DNA of 64,000 bases. Source: Candidatus Woesearchaeota archaeon. GTDB lineage: Archaea > Nanobdellota > Nanobdellia > Woesearchaeales > UBA10216. Position numbers and translations under genes: made by a program. A model generated the notes under the pieces. It did no database searches and was not told where the DNA came from. It saw only the letters and a list, made by a program, of their open reading frames with translations. Location: the NCBI GenBank assembly GCA_016180085.1, contig JACPBX010000003.1, positions 64,001 to 128,000 of the forward strand, in the 5' to 3' direction. Shown piece by piece: positions 26,773 through 36,060 of this stretch. Every line of letters begins with the position of its first letter. Positions within the stretch are counted from its first letter, which is position 1.

Positions 26773-28572
26773 ATGAAGCTGTCTGACTATGTTGTGGAGT
26801 TTTTGGTTGAGCAGGGCATAAGGCACGTTTTTCTAGTTTCAGGAGGGGCGGTTGCGCACCTTGTTGATTCAGCAGCAAGAAACCCCAGAATGACTTACGT
26901 GTGCCCTGAGCATGAGCAGAACGCAGGCTCTGCTGCTGATGCCTATGCGAGGATAACGGGGAAGATGGGTGCCGTGTTCACGACGAGCGGGCCTGGCGCC
27001 ACCAACCTTGTGACGAGCGTTTGCAACTCATATTTTGACTCAATCCCTGTTATTTTCATCACAGGCCAGGTTGCGACATTCCGCATAAGGCCCAGCGAGA
27101 GGCTTCGCCAGAAGGGCTTTCAGGAAACCGATGTTATTTCCATATTTAAGTCAATCACCAAATACTCGATACAGCTCAGGAAAGCAGAGGACATCAAGTT
27201 CGTCCTTCAGGAAGCTGTCCATGCAGCCACGTCAGGGAGGATGGGTCCTGTCCTTGTTGATATTCCTGATGATTTGCAAAGGGTCGAGATTGACCCTGAA
27301 AAGCTTCGGGATTTTAAGCCTTTGGCTGCCCAGGCAGGTGCAGTAAACCCGGCAAATGACCTGTCAGCTGTTAAGGATGTCTTTGCAGCCATAAGGTCTG
27401 CGAAAAGGCCTGTGCTTATCCTCGGCGCGGGCATCAGGCTTTCAGGCACAGTTCCTGAAGCCCTGAAGTTTGCCGAGCATTTCCGCATTCCGTTCCTTTT
27501 GACGTGGGGCGCTATGGACATGGTTGAGCACGGCTATGAGCTTAACATGGGCGGTGTTGGCGTTTGCGGCCCAAGAGGAGGTAATTTTGCAGCCCAGACG
27601 TCAGACCTTGTTGTTGCGCTTGGCACAAGGCTTTCCCAGATGATTACAGGCGGCAAGCAAAACCTTTTCGCTCCCTATGCGAAAAAAATCATGGTTGACG
27701 TTGATGCTGAGGAGCTTAACAAGTTCTCGCCAAGCGATGTTGTCCTTGACGTGAAAATCAGCTGTGGCCTCAGGGATTTTTTTGCAGAATGCGAAAGGCT
27801 TTACAGCGGCACCGGCCCTGCCGAAAAGGGCAGGCTGAAGGAGTGGAGGCAGCAAATCAATGAGTGGAGAATGAAATACCCAATCTGTCCCGGGTCAAAC
27901 TACGGCAGGAAGGAAAGGGTTGATGCATACGTTTTTATCAGGGAGCTGTCAAAGGCAGCCAAGGAAGGTGATGTCATTTTCACCGATGCAGGCGGCAACC
28001 TGAGCCAGACCATGCAGGCCTTCGAAGTGAAAAAAGGCCAGCGCCTCATCTCAGCCTGGAACCACTCGCCCATGGGCTATGCGCTTCCTGCAGCCATTGG
28101 CGCTGCGTTTGCAATCGGCCAAGGCAGCGGCAAGGACATCCTGTGCATCATCGGCGATGGCGGCATTATGATGTGCCTTGAGGAGCTTGCGGTTATTGCC
28201 AAGCACAACCTTCCAATAAAAATTTTCGTTTTTAACAACCATGGCCATGCAATCCAGAAGCAGACCATCGATACCTGGCTTAACTCGCATTACGTGGCTG
28301 TTGACGAGTCTTCCGGCCTTGCTTTCGCTGATTTTGACAAAATCGGCCCGGCCTTCGGGCTTCCGGCTGTTGCCATAAGAAACCACGAAGAGCTTAAGGC
28401 AAAGCTTGGCAAGGTCCTTGGCGCCAAGGGCCCTGTGCTGTGCAATGTTGAGATTGCTGTAGACCAGAGGATTGTTCCGATGCTCAGGTTTGGCGCAGGC
28501 ATTGAGGACCTGGACCCAAAACTGCCTAAGGAAGAGGTTGAGGCAATCATGGCTGTTGGCAGGAAAAGGTAA
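26773..28572 (+). CDS. Thiamine-pyrophosphate enzyme, acetolactate-synthase-large-subunit-like (YerE-like)
   Basis: HEQNAGSAADAYAR, TSGPGATN, ITGQV, FQETD, GDGG...FNN TPP motif. Start moved to ATG 26773. Confidence 0.9.
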   Translation: MKLSDYVVEFLVEQGIRHVFLVSGGAVAHLVDSAARNPRMTYVCPEHEQNAGSAADAYARITGKMGAVFTTSGPGATNLVTSVCNSYFDSIPVIFITGQVATFRIRPSERLRQKGFQETDVISIFKSITKYSIQLRKAEDIKFVLQEAVHAATSGRMGPVLVDIPDDLQRVEIDPEKLRDFKPLAAQAGAVNPANDLSAVKDVFAAIRSAKRPVLILGAGIRLSGTVPEALKFAEHFRIPFLLTWGAMDMVEHGYELNMGGVGVCGPRGGNFAAQTSDLVVALGTRLSQMITGGKQNLFAPYAKKIMVDVDAEELNKFSPSDVVLDVKISCGLRDFFAECERLYSGTGPAEKGRLKEWRQQINEWRMKYPICPGSNYGRKERVDAYVFIRELSKAAKEGDVIFTDAGGNLSQTMQAFEVKKGQRLISAWNHSPMGYALPAAIGAAFAIGQGSGKDILCIIGDGGIMMCLEELAVIAKHNLPIKIFVFNNHGHAIQKQTIDTWLNSHYVAVDESSGLAFADFDKIGPAFGLPAVAIRNHEELKAKLGKVLGAKGPVLCNVEIAVDQRIVPMLRFGAGIEDLDPKLPKEEVEAIMAVGRKR

Positions 28573-28577
28573 GAAAA

Positions 28578-29621
28578 ATGGGAAATGAAGACGTTATTTC
28601 AGCAGTGAAATCAAAGTATCCGCTTTCCAGGCTCAAGGAGATGCTTGAGGGCCTTGGAAGTGTTAAGGCGATGGTGGTGGGCGATACCATAATTGACGAG
28701 TATCACTTCACAATCCCGAAGGGCAGGGCCACGAAGGACCCTATTTTGTCCGTTGACTACATCAACCACGAGGTTTATGCCGGCGGCATTTTGGCAATTG
28801 CCAACCATGTCAGCAACTTTGTTGGCAGCGTTACGTGCGTAACGCTTCTGGGTAATAAGGACGACAGGAAGGGCTTTGTTGAAGGCTCGCTTAACAGGAA
28901 CGTTACCCTGAAATCCTTTATGAAGGAGAACTCACCTACAACTGTTAAAAAGCGCTATCTGAACTATCTTCGCAACGAAAAGCTGTTTAAGGTTGAGTAC
29001 ATTAACGACAGGCCCATATCTGAAAAGCTTGAGGCTGAACTGATAGCTTTCCTTAATGTTGAGCTGCCCAGGCACGACCTTGTCCTGGTCGGTGACTTTG
29101 GCCACGGCATGATAACCCCGGCAATTATTGAGGTATTGGAGAAAAAGGCGAAATACCTTTGTGTCAATGCGCAGAGCAACAGCTCAAACCTGGGCTTCAA
29201 CTTTGTGACAAGGTATCATTTGCCCGCTTTTGTGACAATGGACGTCCAGGAGCTCCAGTACGCTGTTGGCGACAGGTTCAGCCCCATGCCTGTCCTTATT
29301 CAGAAGCTGCACGAAAAGGCAGGCTTTAACAAGTTCCTCGTGACTATGGGCAAGGATGGCGCTGGCTTCTTCAGCAGCGGCAGGCTTTCTTTTTTCCCTG
29401 CCTTTGTGACAAGGCCTCAGGACACTGTCGGGGCTGGCGACGCTGTCTTTTCCATCGCATCCCTTTTCTCCTACAGCAGCCATGATGAGCTGATTCCCTT
29501 CATTGCCAACTGCGTGGGAGGGATTGCTGTTTCGTACATGGGCAACAAGGAGTTCATAACCAGGAACGCGCTTGTCAGCTTTGTTGAAGAAGTGTATAAT
29601 GGCAATACGAAGGTGCGGTGA
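28578..29621 (+). CDS. PfkB-family sugar kinase, HldE/RfaE kinase-domain-like
   Basis: VVGDTIIDEY, GDFGHGMI, VTMGKDG, DTVGAGDAV. Confidence 0.85.
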   Translation: MGNEDVISAVKSKYPLSRLKEMLEGLGSVKAMVVGDTIIDEYHFTIPKGRATKDPILSVDYINHEVYAGGILAIANHVSNFVGSVTCVTLLGNKDDRKGFVEGSLNRNVTLKSFMKENSPTTVKKRYLNYLRNEKLFKVEYINDRPISEKLEAELIAFLNVELPRHDLVLVGDFGHGMITPAIIEVLEKKAKYLCVNAQSNSSNLGFNFVTRYHLPAFVTMDVQELQYAVGDRFSPMPVLIQKLHEKAGFNKFLVTMGKDGAGFFSSGRLSFFPAFVTRPQDTVGAGDAVFSIASLFSYSSHDELIPFIANCVGGIAVSYMGNKEFITRNALVSFVEEVYNGNTKVR

Positions 29622-29645
29622 TTATAGCGCTTATCGCTTACTTCG

Positions 29646-30725
29646 TCATCTTTCCATTACCTTGTCAAACTCGTTCTTCAGCTCTTCATAGCTTTTGTCT
29701 GTGACGTCGATGAATGCAGCATTGGCGTTCCGTGCCATGCCGGCGTCGTCTTCGCTGTTGCCGATAACGGCTGCCTTGTCAAACTCCTTTATGTTCTTGC
29801 CCAGCTGCTGTAAGGCCTGCAGCAGCATCTCGGGGCTCGGCTTCCTTTTTGTTTTCTTTTTTACAAAATCCGGGTTGAAATTAGCTTCTTTCTGTAAGGC
29901 GGCATAGTCCGCATCAGCGTCTGGGCAGTATTGCCAGTTGTTTATTATAACACCTTTTCTTCTCAATAATTCATGAATGTGCTTGTTTACAGCTTCAACT
30001 TTTTCCGCATCAAAATAGCCCCTGGCAACTCCCTGCTGATTTGAAATAACGACCCTGACAGTGTCGTACTTTGTCTGTATGTAGATGAGCAAGTCAACAA
30101 CTTCTTTCTTTAGCTTTATCTGATCTCTCCAGTTAGAGTCTTTGCCCAGAAAATTAACCTTCTCCACCAATGTGCCGTCCCTGTCAATCACCAGCAGCAC
30201 TTTTTCGCTCTTTGCATTTTCCTGTATGTGCCTGATGATGGCCGTTGTTGACATTTTCTGGTCTGTGGTATACTTTATTTCGCCGCCAACAGCCTTTATC
30301 GCTTCTCTCTCGGAAGTGATTCCTGGTGTTGTCTTTTCAGCAAAATCGGGCCCTTTTATGTAATAGGCAGGTTTTAGCATTTTAATCAGGTCGGTTGCTT
30401 TCTCAAAGTCGCTGACAATCACGTAGTCAACATACCGGATGCTTGCAACTGAATAAGCCCTTAATGCCTCTGAGAAGATTGGCCTGCCGCTGCCTTTCCT
30501 GGCTGCCACAAACCTGTCTGCGGTTACTGCAACAAAAAGGCAGTCGCAAAGCTTTTTTGCTGATTCCAGGTGCTTTATGTGACCTGGATGAAGAAGGTCA
30601 AAGCCGCCGTTGCAAAGCCCGGCTTTCCTTCCCTGCTTCCTCAGCTCCTCGCTTTTTTCCACAGCCTCGGCAAGGCTTATGACCTTGTCGGACCTGTAGT
30701 TTTTGGGTGAGTCTTCCTTTATCAT
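29646..30725 (-). CDS. Fusion of a sugar-phosphate nucleotidyltransferase (HldC/RfaE domain II-like) and a GmhB-like HAD phosphatase
   Basis: N-terminal CNGGFDLLHPGH, KGPDF, STT; C-terminal IDRDGTLV, ISNQQGVARG, RKPSPEML, IGNSEDD. Start moved to ATG 30725. Confidence 0.85.
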   Translation of the reverse strand: MIKEDSPKNYRSDKVISLAEAVEKSEELRKQGRKAGLCNGGFDLLHPGHIKHLESAKKLCDCLFVAVTADRFVAARKGSGRPIFSEALRAYSVASIRYVDYVIVSDFEKATDLIKMLKPAYYIKGPDFAEKTTPGITSEREAIKAVGGEIKYTTDQKMSTTAIIRHIQENAKSEKVLLVIDRDGTLVEKVNFLGKDSNWRDQIKLKKEVVDLLIYIQTKYDTVRVVISNQQGVARGYFDAEKVEAVNKHIHELLRRKGVIINNWQYCPDADADYAALQKEANFNPDFVKKKTKRKPSPEMLLQALQQLGKNIKEFDKAAVIGNSEDDAGMARNANAAFIDVTDKSYEELKNEFDKVMER

Positions 30726-30738
30726 CTGCAATGCAGCC

Positions 30739-31494
30739 CTATTTGCCGCCTCCGCCTCCTGCAAGCTTTTTAACCTTCCTGATAATTGCTTCAAGCCAGA
30801 CTTCGGCGAATAGTTTGGGTATGAAGGCCGTTACCCCTAATATGTTTTTCGCCCTGAACATCTTTGAGCTGGGCTTCGGCGCTATGTTGACTGGTATTTC
30901 CTCATAGCTGTGGCCCCGGCGGAGCAGCCTTACAAGTATTTCCGCCTGGAAGGCGTAGCTGTTGGTTGTTATCCTTGCCTGCCTTGCGAGGCTTGTTTCA
31001 TAGCACACCATCCCGAGATAATATTTCAGCCTCAGCCCGAAGAGCACGTTGAGTGTTGTTGTGAACATTGTTGATATCAGCCTTCTGTCTACTGGCCTTG
31101 TTTCCCTGTTGGCAACATATGCTACGATGATGTCTTTTTCGCCAACGTGCTGCAGGAATGCCTTCACTGATTCGGGTGGTATGCCGCCGCTGCCAGGCAG
31201 AATCATGATGTACTTTTTGGCTGCAGCTGTAAGCCCTGCGCGGTAGCTGTAGCCGACGTTCATGTTTTTCCTGTTGTGGATGACCCTTATCCTGTGGTTT
31301 TCCCTTGCAAGCCGGTCTGCCATCTCTGGCGTTTTGTCAGTGCTTCCGTCATCAAGGATTATTAGTTCGTAGTCGTTGAACACGCTGCCGACAGCTTCAA
31401 TGATGTTCCTGACCGCTGCTGAAAGGTTTCTTTCCTCGTTATATGCAGAGATTAGGATGGTTATTGACCTTTCCATGCTGTCATGCTCCCACAT
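30739..31494 (-). CDS. GT2 glycosyltransferase (polyprenol-phosphate type, atypical DxD region)
   Basis: ISAYNEE, LDDGSTD, YAFQAEIL. ILPGSGG stands where DxD normally occurs. Confidence 0.85.
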   Translation of the reverse strand: MWEHDSMERSITILISAYNEERNLSAAVRNIIEAVGSVFNDYELIILDDGSTDKTPEMADRLARENHRIRVIHNRKNMNVGYSYRAGLTAAAKKYIMILPGSGGIPPESVKAFLQHVGEKDIIVAYVANRETRPVDRRLISTMFTTTLNVLFGLRLKYYLGMVCYETSLARQARITTNSYAFQAEILVRLLRRGHSYEEIPVNIAPKPSSKMFRAKNILGVTAFIPKLFAEVWLEAIIRKVKKLAGGGGGK

Positions 31495-31516
31495 AGCTAT
31501 GTTATTAATTAAGCTG

Positions 31517-32647
31517 TTAGAATGGCCCCGTGAAGCTCGGGTCTGGCACGTCGGGCTTGGCAGGCAGCTTCTGCCTCTCTGACTCGGCTATGGCTTTCGC
31601 CTGCCCTTCCGGCACATTTGCCAGCTCGCACACCTCTTTTATTATGTCGATGTGCGATGGATAATAATGCTTGCTCAACGCATGGCTCGTTGGTGTCGGG
31701 ATGTCCGGCAGCGTCACCCTTTTTGGCGCTGCTTTCAGCCTGCCAAACAAGGATTTGTTTTCGCTGACCCTCGCTATGATATCGCCTGCAAGCCCGCCTG
31801 AGTAGTAGCCTGAGTCGATGACAAGGAGCTTGCCTGTTTTTTCAACGCTCTGCCTGATTGTTTCGAAGTCCAGAGGCTTTATCGTCCTTAAGTCTATGAT
31901 TTCAGGGCTTACTTTCCCGGCCAGTGCATTTGCCGCTTTCATAGCCTGAACAGTCATGTAAGAGCTTGTTACGATTGTCACGTCTTTTCCTTCCCTGAGC
32001 ACCTTTGCCTTTCCAATGGGCACTGTGTATGGCTTTTCAGGCACATACCCTGTTATGTTGTGCAGCCACCTGTGCTCTATGAATATGACTGGGTTGTTGT
32101 CCTTTACGCTTGCGATGAGAAGCCCTTTTGCATCATAGGCGTTGCTTGGCATCACGACTTTCAGCCCAGGCGCATGTGCCAGAATGGCTTGCAGGTTTTG
32201 CGAATGCTGGGCTCCCTGCCCCCAGCCCTGCCCTATTATTGCCCTTATGACCATTGGCACGCTCAGCCTGCCTCCAAACATGTAGTGCCATTTCGCTGCA
32301 TTGTTTACAATCTGGTCCATGGCAAGGAGGATGAAGTCGAGCCTTTGGTGCACCATAATCGGCCTTAGGCCTTTCAGTGCTGCCCCTATGCACACCCCTG
32401 TGAGGCCGTTTTCCGATACCGGCATGTCAAGCACCCTGTTTTTGCCGTGCTTTTCCCGGAGCCCTGTTGTTGTGCCAAAGATGTGCTTCGGGTCAGGCAC
32501 GCCTTCGCCTATTACGAACACAGAGCTGTCCATCTGCATGCACTGGTCTGTTGCTTCCAGCACTGCCTCTGCGTAGGTTATCTTTCTCTTCCTTTCATCT
32601 TTAGCAGCTTCAGCCGTTGTTTCCATTTTTTCCATTTCCATCAGCAT
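31517..32647 (-). CDS. 2-oxoacid dehydrogenase E1 beta subunit-like (transketolase C-terminal) protein
   Basis: DMPVSENG, QGAQHSQ, DAKGLL, PVIFIEHRWL, IDLRTIKPLD. Confidence 0.92.
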   Translation of the reverse strand: MLMEMEKMETTAEAAKDERKRKITYAEAVLEATDQCMQMDSSVFVIGEGVPDPKHIFGTTTGLREKHGKNRVLDMPVSENGLTGVCIGAALKGLRPIMVHQRLDFILLAMDQIVNNAAKWHYMFGGRLSVPMVIRAIIGQGWGQGAQHSQNLQAILAHAPGLKVVMPSNAYDAKGLLIASVKDNNPVIFIEHRWLHNITGYVPEKPYTVPIGKAKVLREGKDVTIVTSSYMTVQAMKAANALAGKVSPEIIDLRTIKPLDFETIRQSVEKTGKLLVIDSGYYSGGLAGDIIARVSENKSLFGRLKAAPKRVTLPDIPTPTSHALSKHYYPSHIDIIKEVCELANVPEGQAKAIAESERQKLPAKPDVPDPSFTGPF

Positions 32648-33648
32648 TAGTCAGCGTAAAGGTTGTCTGCCAGGGTTTCCTTTGCAGGGAAAGGGCTCTC
32701 CTTTGCGAACCTGAATGCCTCGTTCACTTCTTTCTTTACAGTTTCGTCAATTGCCTCAAGCTCCTTTTCCGTTGAAACCCTTTTGCCGAGCAGGGTTTCC
32801 CTGAGTTTTTTGATTGGGTCTTTTTCCTTCCATTCTGCTATTTCCTGTGCTGTCCTGTAGCCGAGCTTTGAGTCATCGTTTGGGCCGACGTGCTCAAGCC
32901 ACCTGTATGTTGCAAACTCAAGGAACGCCGGTCCGGCTCCTGACCGCGCATGCTCAACCGCTTTTTTCGCTGCTGTGTAGACTGCAATGGCGTCGTTGCC
33001 ATCCGCTTTGAAAACTGCTATGCCCTGTGCTTTTGCGAGCTGCGTTATTTCGCGCTCAGGCTGCCTTTCCCTTATGTGCGTCTGGCTTGCGTAGAGGTTG
33101 TTTTCGCAGGCAAACAGCACAGGCAGCCTGTGCAGTGCTGCGAAGTTCGTTGCCTCGTGGAACGCCCCCCCCTCAACAGCCGAATCGCCAAAGAAAGCAA
33201 CCGAAATTGCGTTCTTCTTTTGCATCCTCGCTGCGAGCGCAGCTCCTACAGCAACTGGTATCGTCCCTCCAACCAATGGAGTTGAGGCAACAAAATTTGC
33301 TGCCAGGTCAATCAGGTGCATTGAGCCTCCCCTGCCTTTTGCGCAGCCGGTTTCCTTTCCGTATAGTTCTGCAATCATGGCTTTCAGGCTGCCTCCCTTT
33401 GCAAGGTAATGGCCATGAGCCCTGTGGTTGGAGAATGCGCTGTCTTCACTCGTCAGGTTTTGGCACACGCCCGCAGGCACTGCCTCCTGGCCTATGCAGA
33501 GGTGCACCGGGCATCTCATTTCCTGCTCTGGGTAAAGCTCGGCTATCCTTTCCTCTGTTCTCCTTATCAGGAGCATCGAGCTGTAAAGTCCAAGAAGTAT
33601 GTTATTGTCAGGCAGATTTTCCATTTTTTCATCATCAGCGTTTTCCAT
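32647..33648 (-). CDS. 2-oxoacid dehydrogenase E1 alpha subunit-like TPP-dependent protein
   Basis: HLCIGQEA, HRAHGH, GRGGSMH, FGDSA...ENNLYA, TYRWLEHVG. Confidence 0.92.
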   Translation of the reverse strand: MENADDEKMENLPDNNILLGLYSSMLLIRRTEERIAELYPEQEMRCPVHLCIGQEAVPAGVCQNLTSEDSAFSNHRAHGHYLAKGGSLKAMIAELYGKETGCAKGRGGSMHLIDLAANFVASTPLVGGTIPVAVGAALAARMQKKNAISVAFFGDSAVEGGAFHEATNFAALHRLPVLFACENNLYASQTHIRERQPEREITQLAKAQGIAVFKADGNDAIAVYTAAKKAVEHARSGAGPAFLEFATYRWLEHVGPNDDSKLGYRTAQEIAEWKEKDPIKKLRETLLGKRVSTEKELEAIDETVKKEVNEAFRFAKESPFPAKETLADNLYAD

Positions 33649-33677
33649 CGTTTTTCGGGGTTTCGTGGCAGCCGTTG

Positions 33678-33734
33678 CCTTTAAAAACTTTTTTGAGGTT
33701 TGGGGTTTTTGGAATATGGAATAAATTTAAATAA
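33678..33734. promoter_or_regulatory. Divergent archaeal promoters
   Basis: Minus strand CAAAAAAGTTTTTAAAGG (33678-95) upstream of 33648; plus strand ATAAATTTAAATAA (33721-34) about 23 nt upstream of ATG 33757. Confidence 0.55.
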
Positions 33735-33756
33735 TGCATGAGCCGCGCTGCAGCCA

Positions 33757-36060
33757 ATGGGGTTTGTTCCGGTTTTCGTGTTTTTGGCATGCACCTGGGG
33801 CCTTGGGTTCTCTGTCCTGAGGCTCGCCAGGGCTGGGGAGCAGGATAGCTTTCTTGAGCGCAACGTCATGAGGATAGGCATAGGCCTGTCATCCTTTGTC
33901 GTGCTTGGAGTGATATTTAACGCTCTTGGAATCCCCCTGGACTACAGGGTTTTCCTTGTTTTTTCCGGGTTGATGCCCGCCTACGAGCTTCTGGTAAGGA
34001 AGGGCTTCAGGAAAACAAAGGCAACGCCATCAGCAAACTCGCAGGAAAAAACAGGCGGAAAGGCAGGCATGAAGCTGAAGCTATCTGACATCAACGCTGT
34101 TGTTGTCCTGGTGATATTTGCCGCAACACTCATCATGTATCTGTCAGGAGCGTTCAGGTACCCATATCTTGAGGATGACGACCCGTGGGGGCACGCGTCT
34201 GCTGTAAAGTACGTGTCTGTGGAGAAGACAGCCAATGACCCGGCTACGCTTGATTTCCATTACATGGACCCGTATCCTCCGGGCTATGACATGGTATTGG
34301 GCATTCTGAATCAGGTTTCGTCATCAACAGCATGGACACTGAAGTTCTTCAATGCGCTTTTCATCTCCCTTAGCATCATGTTCTTTTATTTCTTCACAAA
34401 GGAGTTCTTTGGCAACAGGAACAAGGCGCTCTTCGCGGCCTTTGTGCTTGCGTCAGTGCCTGCCTACCTGAGTCATTTCATATGGGCGCCTGCGCTTGCA
34501 ATGGCTGTTTTTTCCCAGGCAATGTATTCGTTGGAGATGTTAAAGCATGACAGGAAGTGGTGGGCTGTTGCAGGCGTCTGCTTTGCAGCAATATTGCTCT
34601 CGCATCCAACCCATGCAGTCAAGCTGACAGGGCTTGTGCTGATATATGTTGGCGTGAAGGCTGTTGCCAACCTTACGTTCAGCACAAAATCTCTGCCTTT
34701 GCTGCTGCGTCAGCTGCAGCCGAGCCTCGGCAATTTTGCCGCAGTTGCTTTTGGTGTTTTCCTGTCCTTGTTCTGGTGGGCAGCCAAGTGGAAAGGCTTT
34801 TTCGGCGTGGCAAGGGGAAGCTTCAGGGCAGGGAGCGAGGCTGTAACAGGGGCTGTTGGAAGCTCAGGCAGCATGCTTGCAAAGCTCCTTTCGCTGCCGG
34901 CAAGAATCTTCAACGCAGAAAGCGGCACAGCAACAAGGGTCTATCTGCTGAGGGATTTCGCGGTTGTCCAGGGCAACAACATGATAAACAATCCCGTGGG
35001 GCTGGGCTTTTTTGCCTTCGTGCTGATGGTTGCAGGGATTGTTTCTGCTGCTTCAAAAATTGTAATGCATTTGCCAAAGAGGAAAGCCGCAATAGCTGCG
35101 GCAGCTGCGGCGGTTATAGTCCTGGCTGTGATTATAGCTTCAAACACTTATGAATACCAGACAAACCTGTACGAGACCGGGTCTAGGTTTGCACAGTTTC
35201 TGCAGTCGCCGCCAAGCTATGCAAGCGTGTTTCTCATGTCGCTGATGTTAAGCTCATTGGCGGTCGCTTTTGTTCTTTCAATTGCTGCCATAATTATTTT
35301 GAGGCGGAAATCCCACAGCCAAGGCGACCAAGGCGACCAGGAGAATCAGCAAAACTGGCAAAGCAGCCTTGTTATAGCAGCGATACTGCTGGGTTGGCTG
35401 CTTTTTACATTTTTGGGCGTGAACAGCCGGACGTTCAACCTGCCTGTGGGGCTTTTTGCATTCAGGTTCTGGATGATTTTTGCCATACCTGCTGCAATGC
35501 TGGCTGCCGAGGGGCTTTTTTCCATGCTGGGGCTGGTTAAGGCGCTGAAGCTTGATGCCGCAACAGCAACAACAGTGAAACTGGCAATAATAGCTGTTGT
35601 TGTCGCGGGAGTGCTTTTCACTTCTGCGAAGCAGAAGTATGACACAAACACTAGCTGCTGGCCATCCGGTGCGTTCTGGAGCGGGGAGTTTGTGCTTGAG
35701 CCAGGCTCTAACTGCCCGGTCCAGGCAGAGCTGCTGTCCTACCAGTGGCTGAAGACCCTGCCTGCAGGGACAAAGGTGTTTACTTTTTCCAACCCTGACC
35801 AGGTGATAGGGTTTGACAAGTACTCGTGCGGGTGGTGTGCGCCGGAATATGGCATGCGGCAGAGGTTCTACAATGTCACAGCATCAGAACTAAACAGCTT
35901 CATGGCCGAGAACAGTTACGAATACCTTATTCTGGGAGGAATTGAAGCCAGGAACTACGGTCTGAACAGGACAGTCCAGCTCATAAACGAGTTTGCTGAG
36001 TCAAGGCTCTTTACTGTTGCCTACAACGGCCAGTCAGCGGTGGTGTTCAGGACAGCATGA
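33757..36060 (+). CDS. GT-C-fold (PMT/ArnT-like) polytopic membrane glycosyltransferase
   Basis: More than 12 TM helices, extracellular acidic loop EDDDPWGH, YPPGY motif, soluble C-terminal domain. Confidence 0.7.
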   Translation: MGFVPVFVFLACTWGLGFSVLRLARAGEQDSFLERNVMRIGIGLSSFVVLGVIFNALGIPLDYRVFLVFSGLMPAYELLVRKGFRKTKATPSANSQEKTGGKAGMKLKLSDINAVVVLVIFAATLIMYLSGAFRYPYLEDDDPWGHASAVKYVSVEKTANDPATLDFHYMDPYPPGYDMVLGILNQVSSSTAWTLKFFNALFISLSIMFFYFFTKEFFGNRNKALFAAFVLASVPAYLSHFIWAPALAMAVFSQAMYSLEMLKHDRKWWAVAGVCFAAILLSHPTHAVKLTGLVLIYVGVKAVANLTFSTKSLPLLLRQLQPSLGNFAAVAFGVFLSLFWWAAKWKGFFGVARGSFRAGSEAVTGAVGSSGSMLAKLLSLPARIFNAESGTATRVYLLRDFAVVQGNNMINNPVGLGFFAFVLMVAGIVSAASKIVMHLPKRKAAIAAAAAAVIVLAVIIASNTYEYQTNLYETGSRFAQFLQSPPSYASVFLMSLMLSSLAVAFVLSIAAIIILRRKSHSQGDQGDQENQQNWQSSLVIAAILLGWLLFTFLGVNSRTFNLPVGLFAFRFWMIFAIPAAMLAAEGLFSMLGLVKALKLDAATATTVKLAIIAVVVAGVLFTSAKQKYDTNTSCWPSGAFWSGEFVLEPGSNCPVQAELLSYQWLKTLPAGTKVFTFSNPDQVIGFDKYSCGWCAPEYGMRQRFYNVTASELNSFMAENSYEYLILGGIEARNYGLNRTVQLINEFAESRLFTVAYNGQSAVVFRTA

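Noticed and set aside
31517-33648. Housekeeping pyruvate dehydrogenase
   Set aside because: No E2/E3 genes are adjacent and the context is nucleotide-sugar synthesis.
33757-36060. Oligosaccharyltransferase AglB/STT3
   Set aside because: No WWDYG or DK/MI motifs; called a generic GT-C protein instead.
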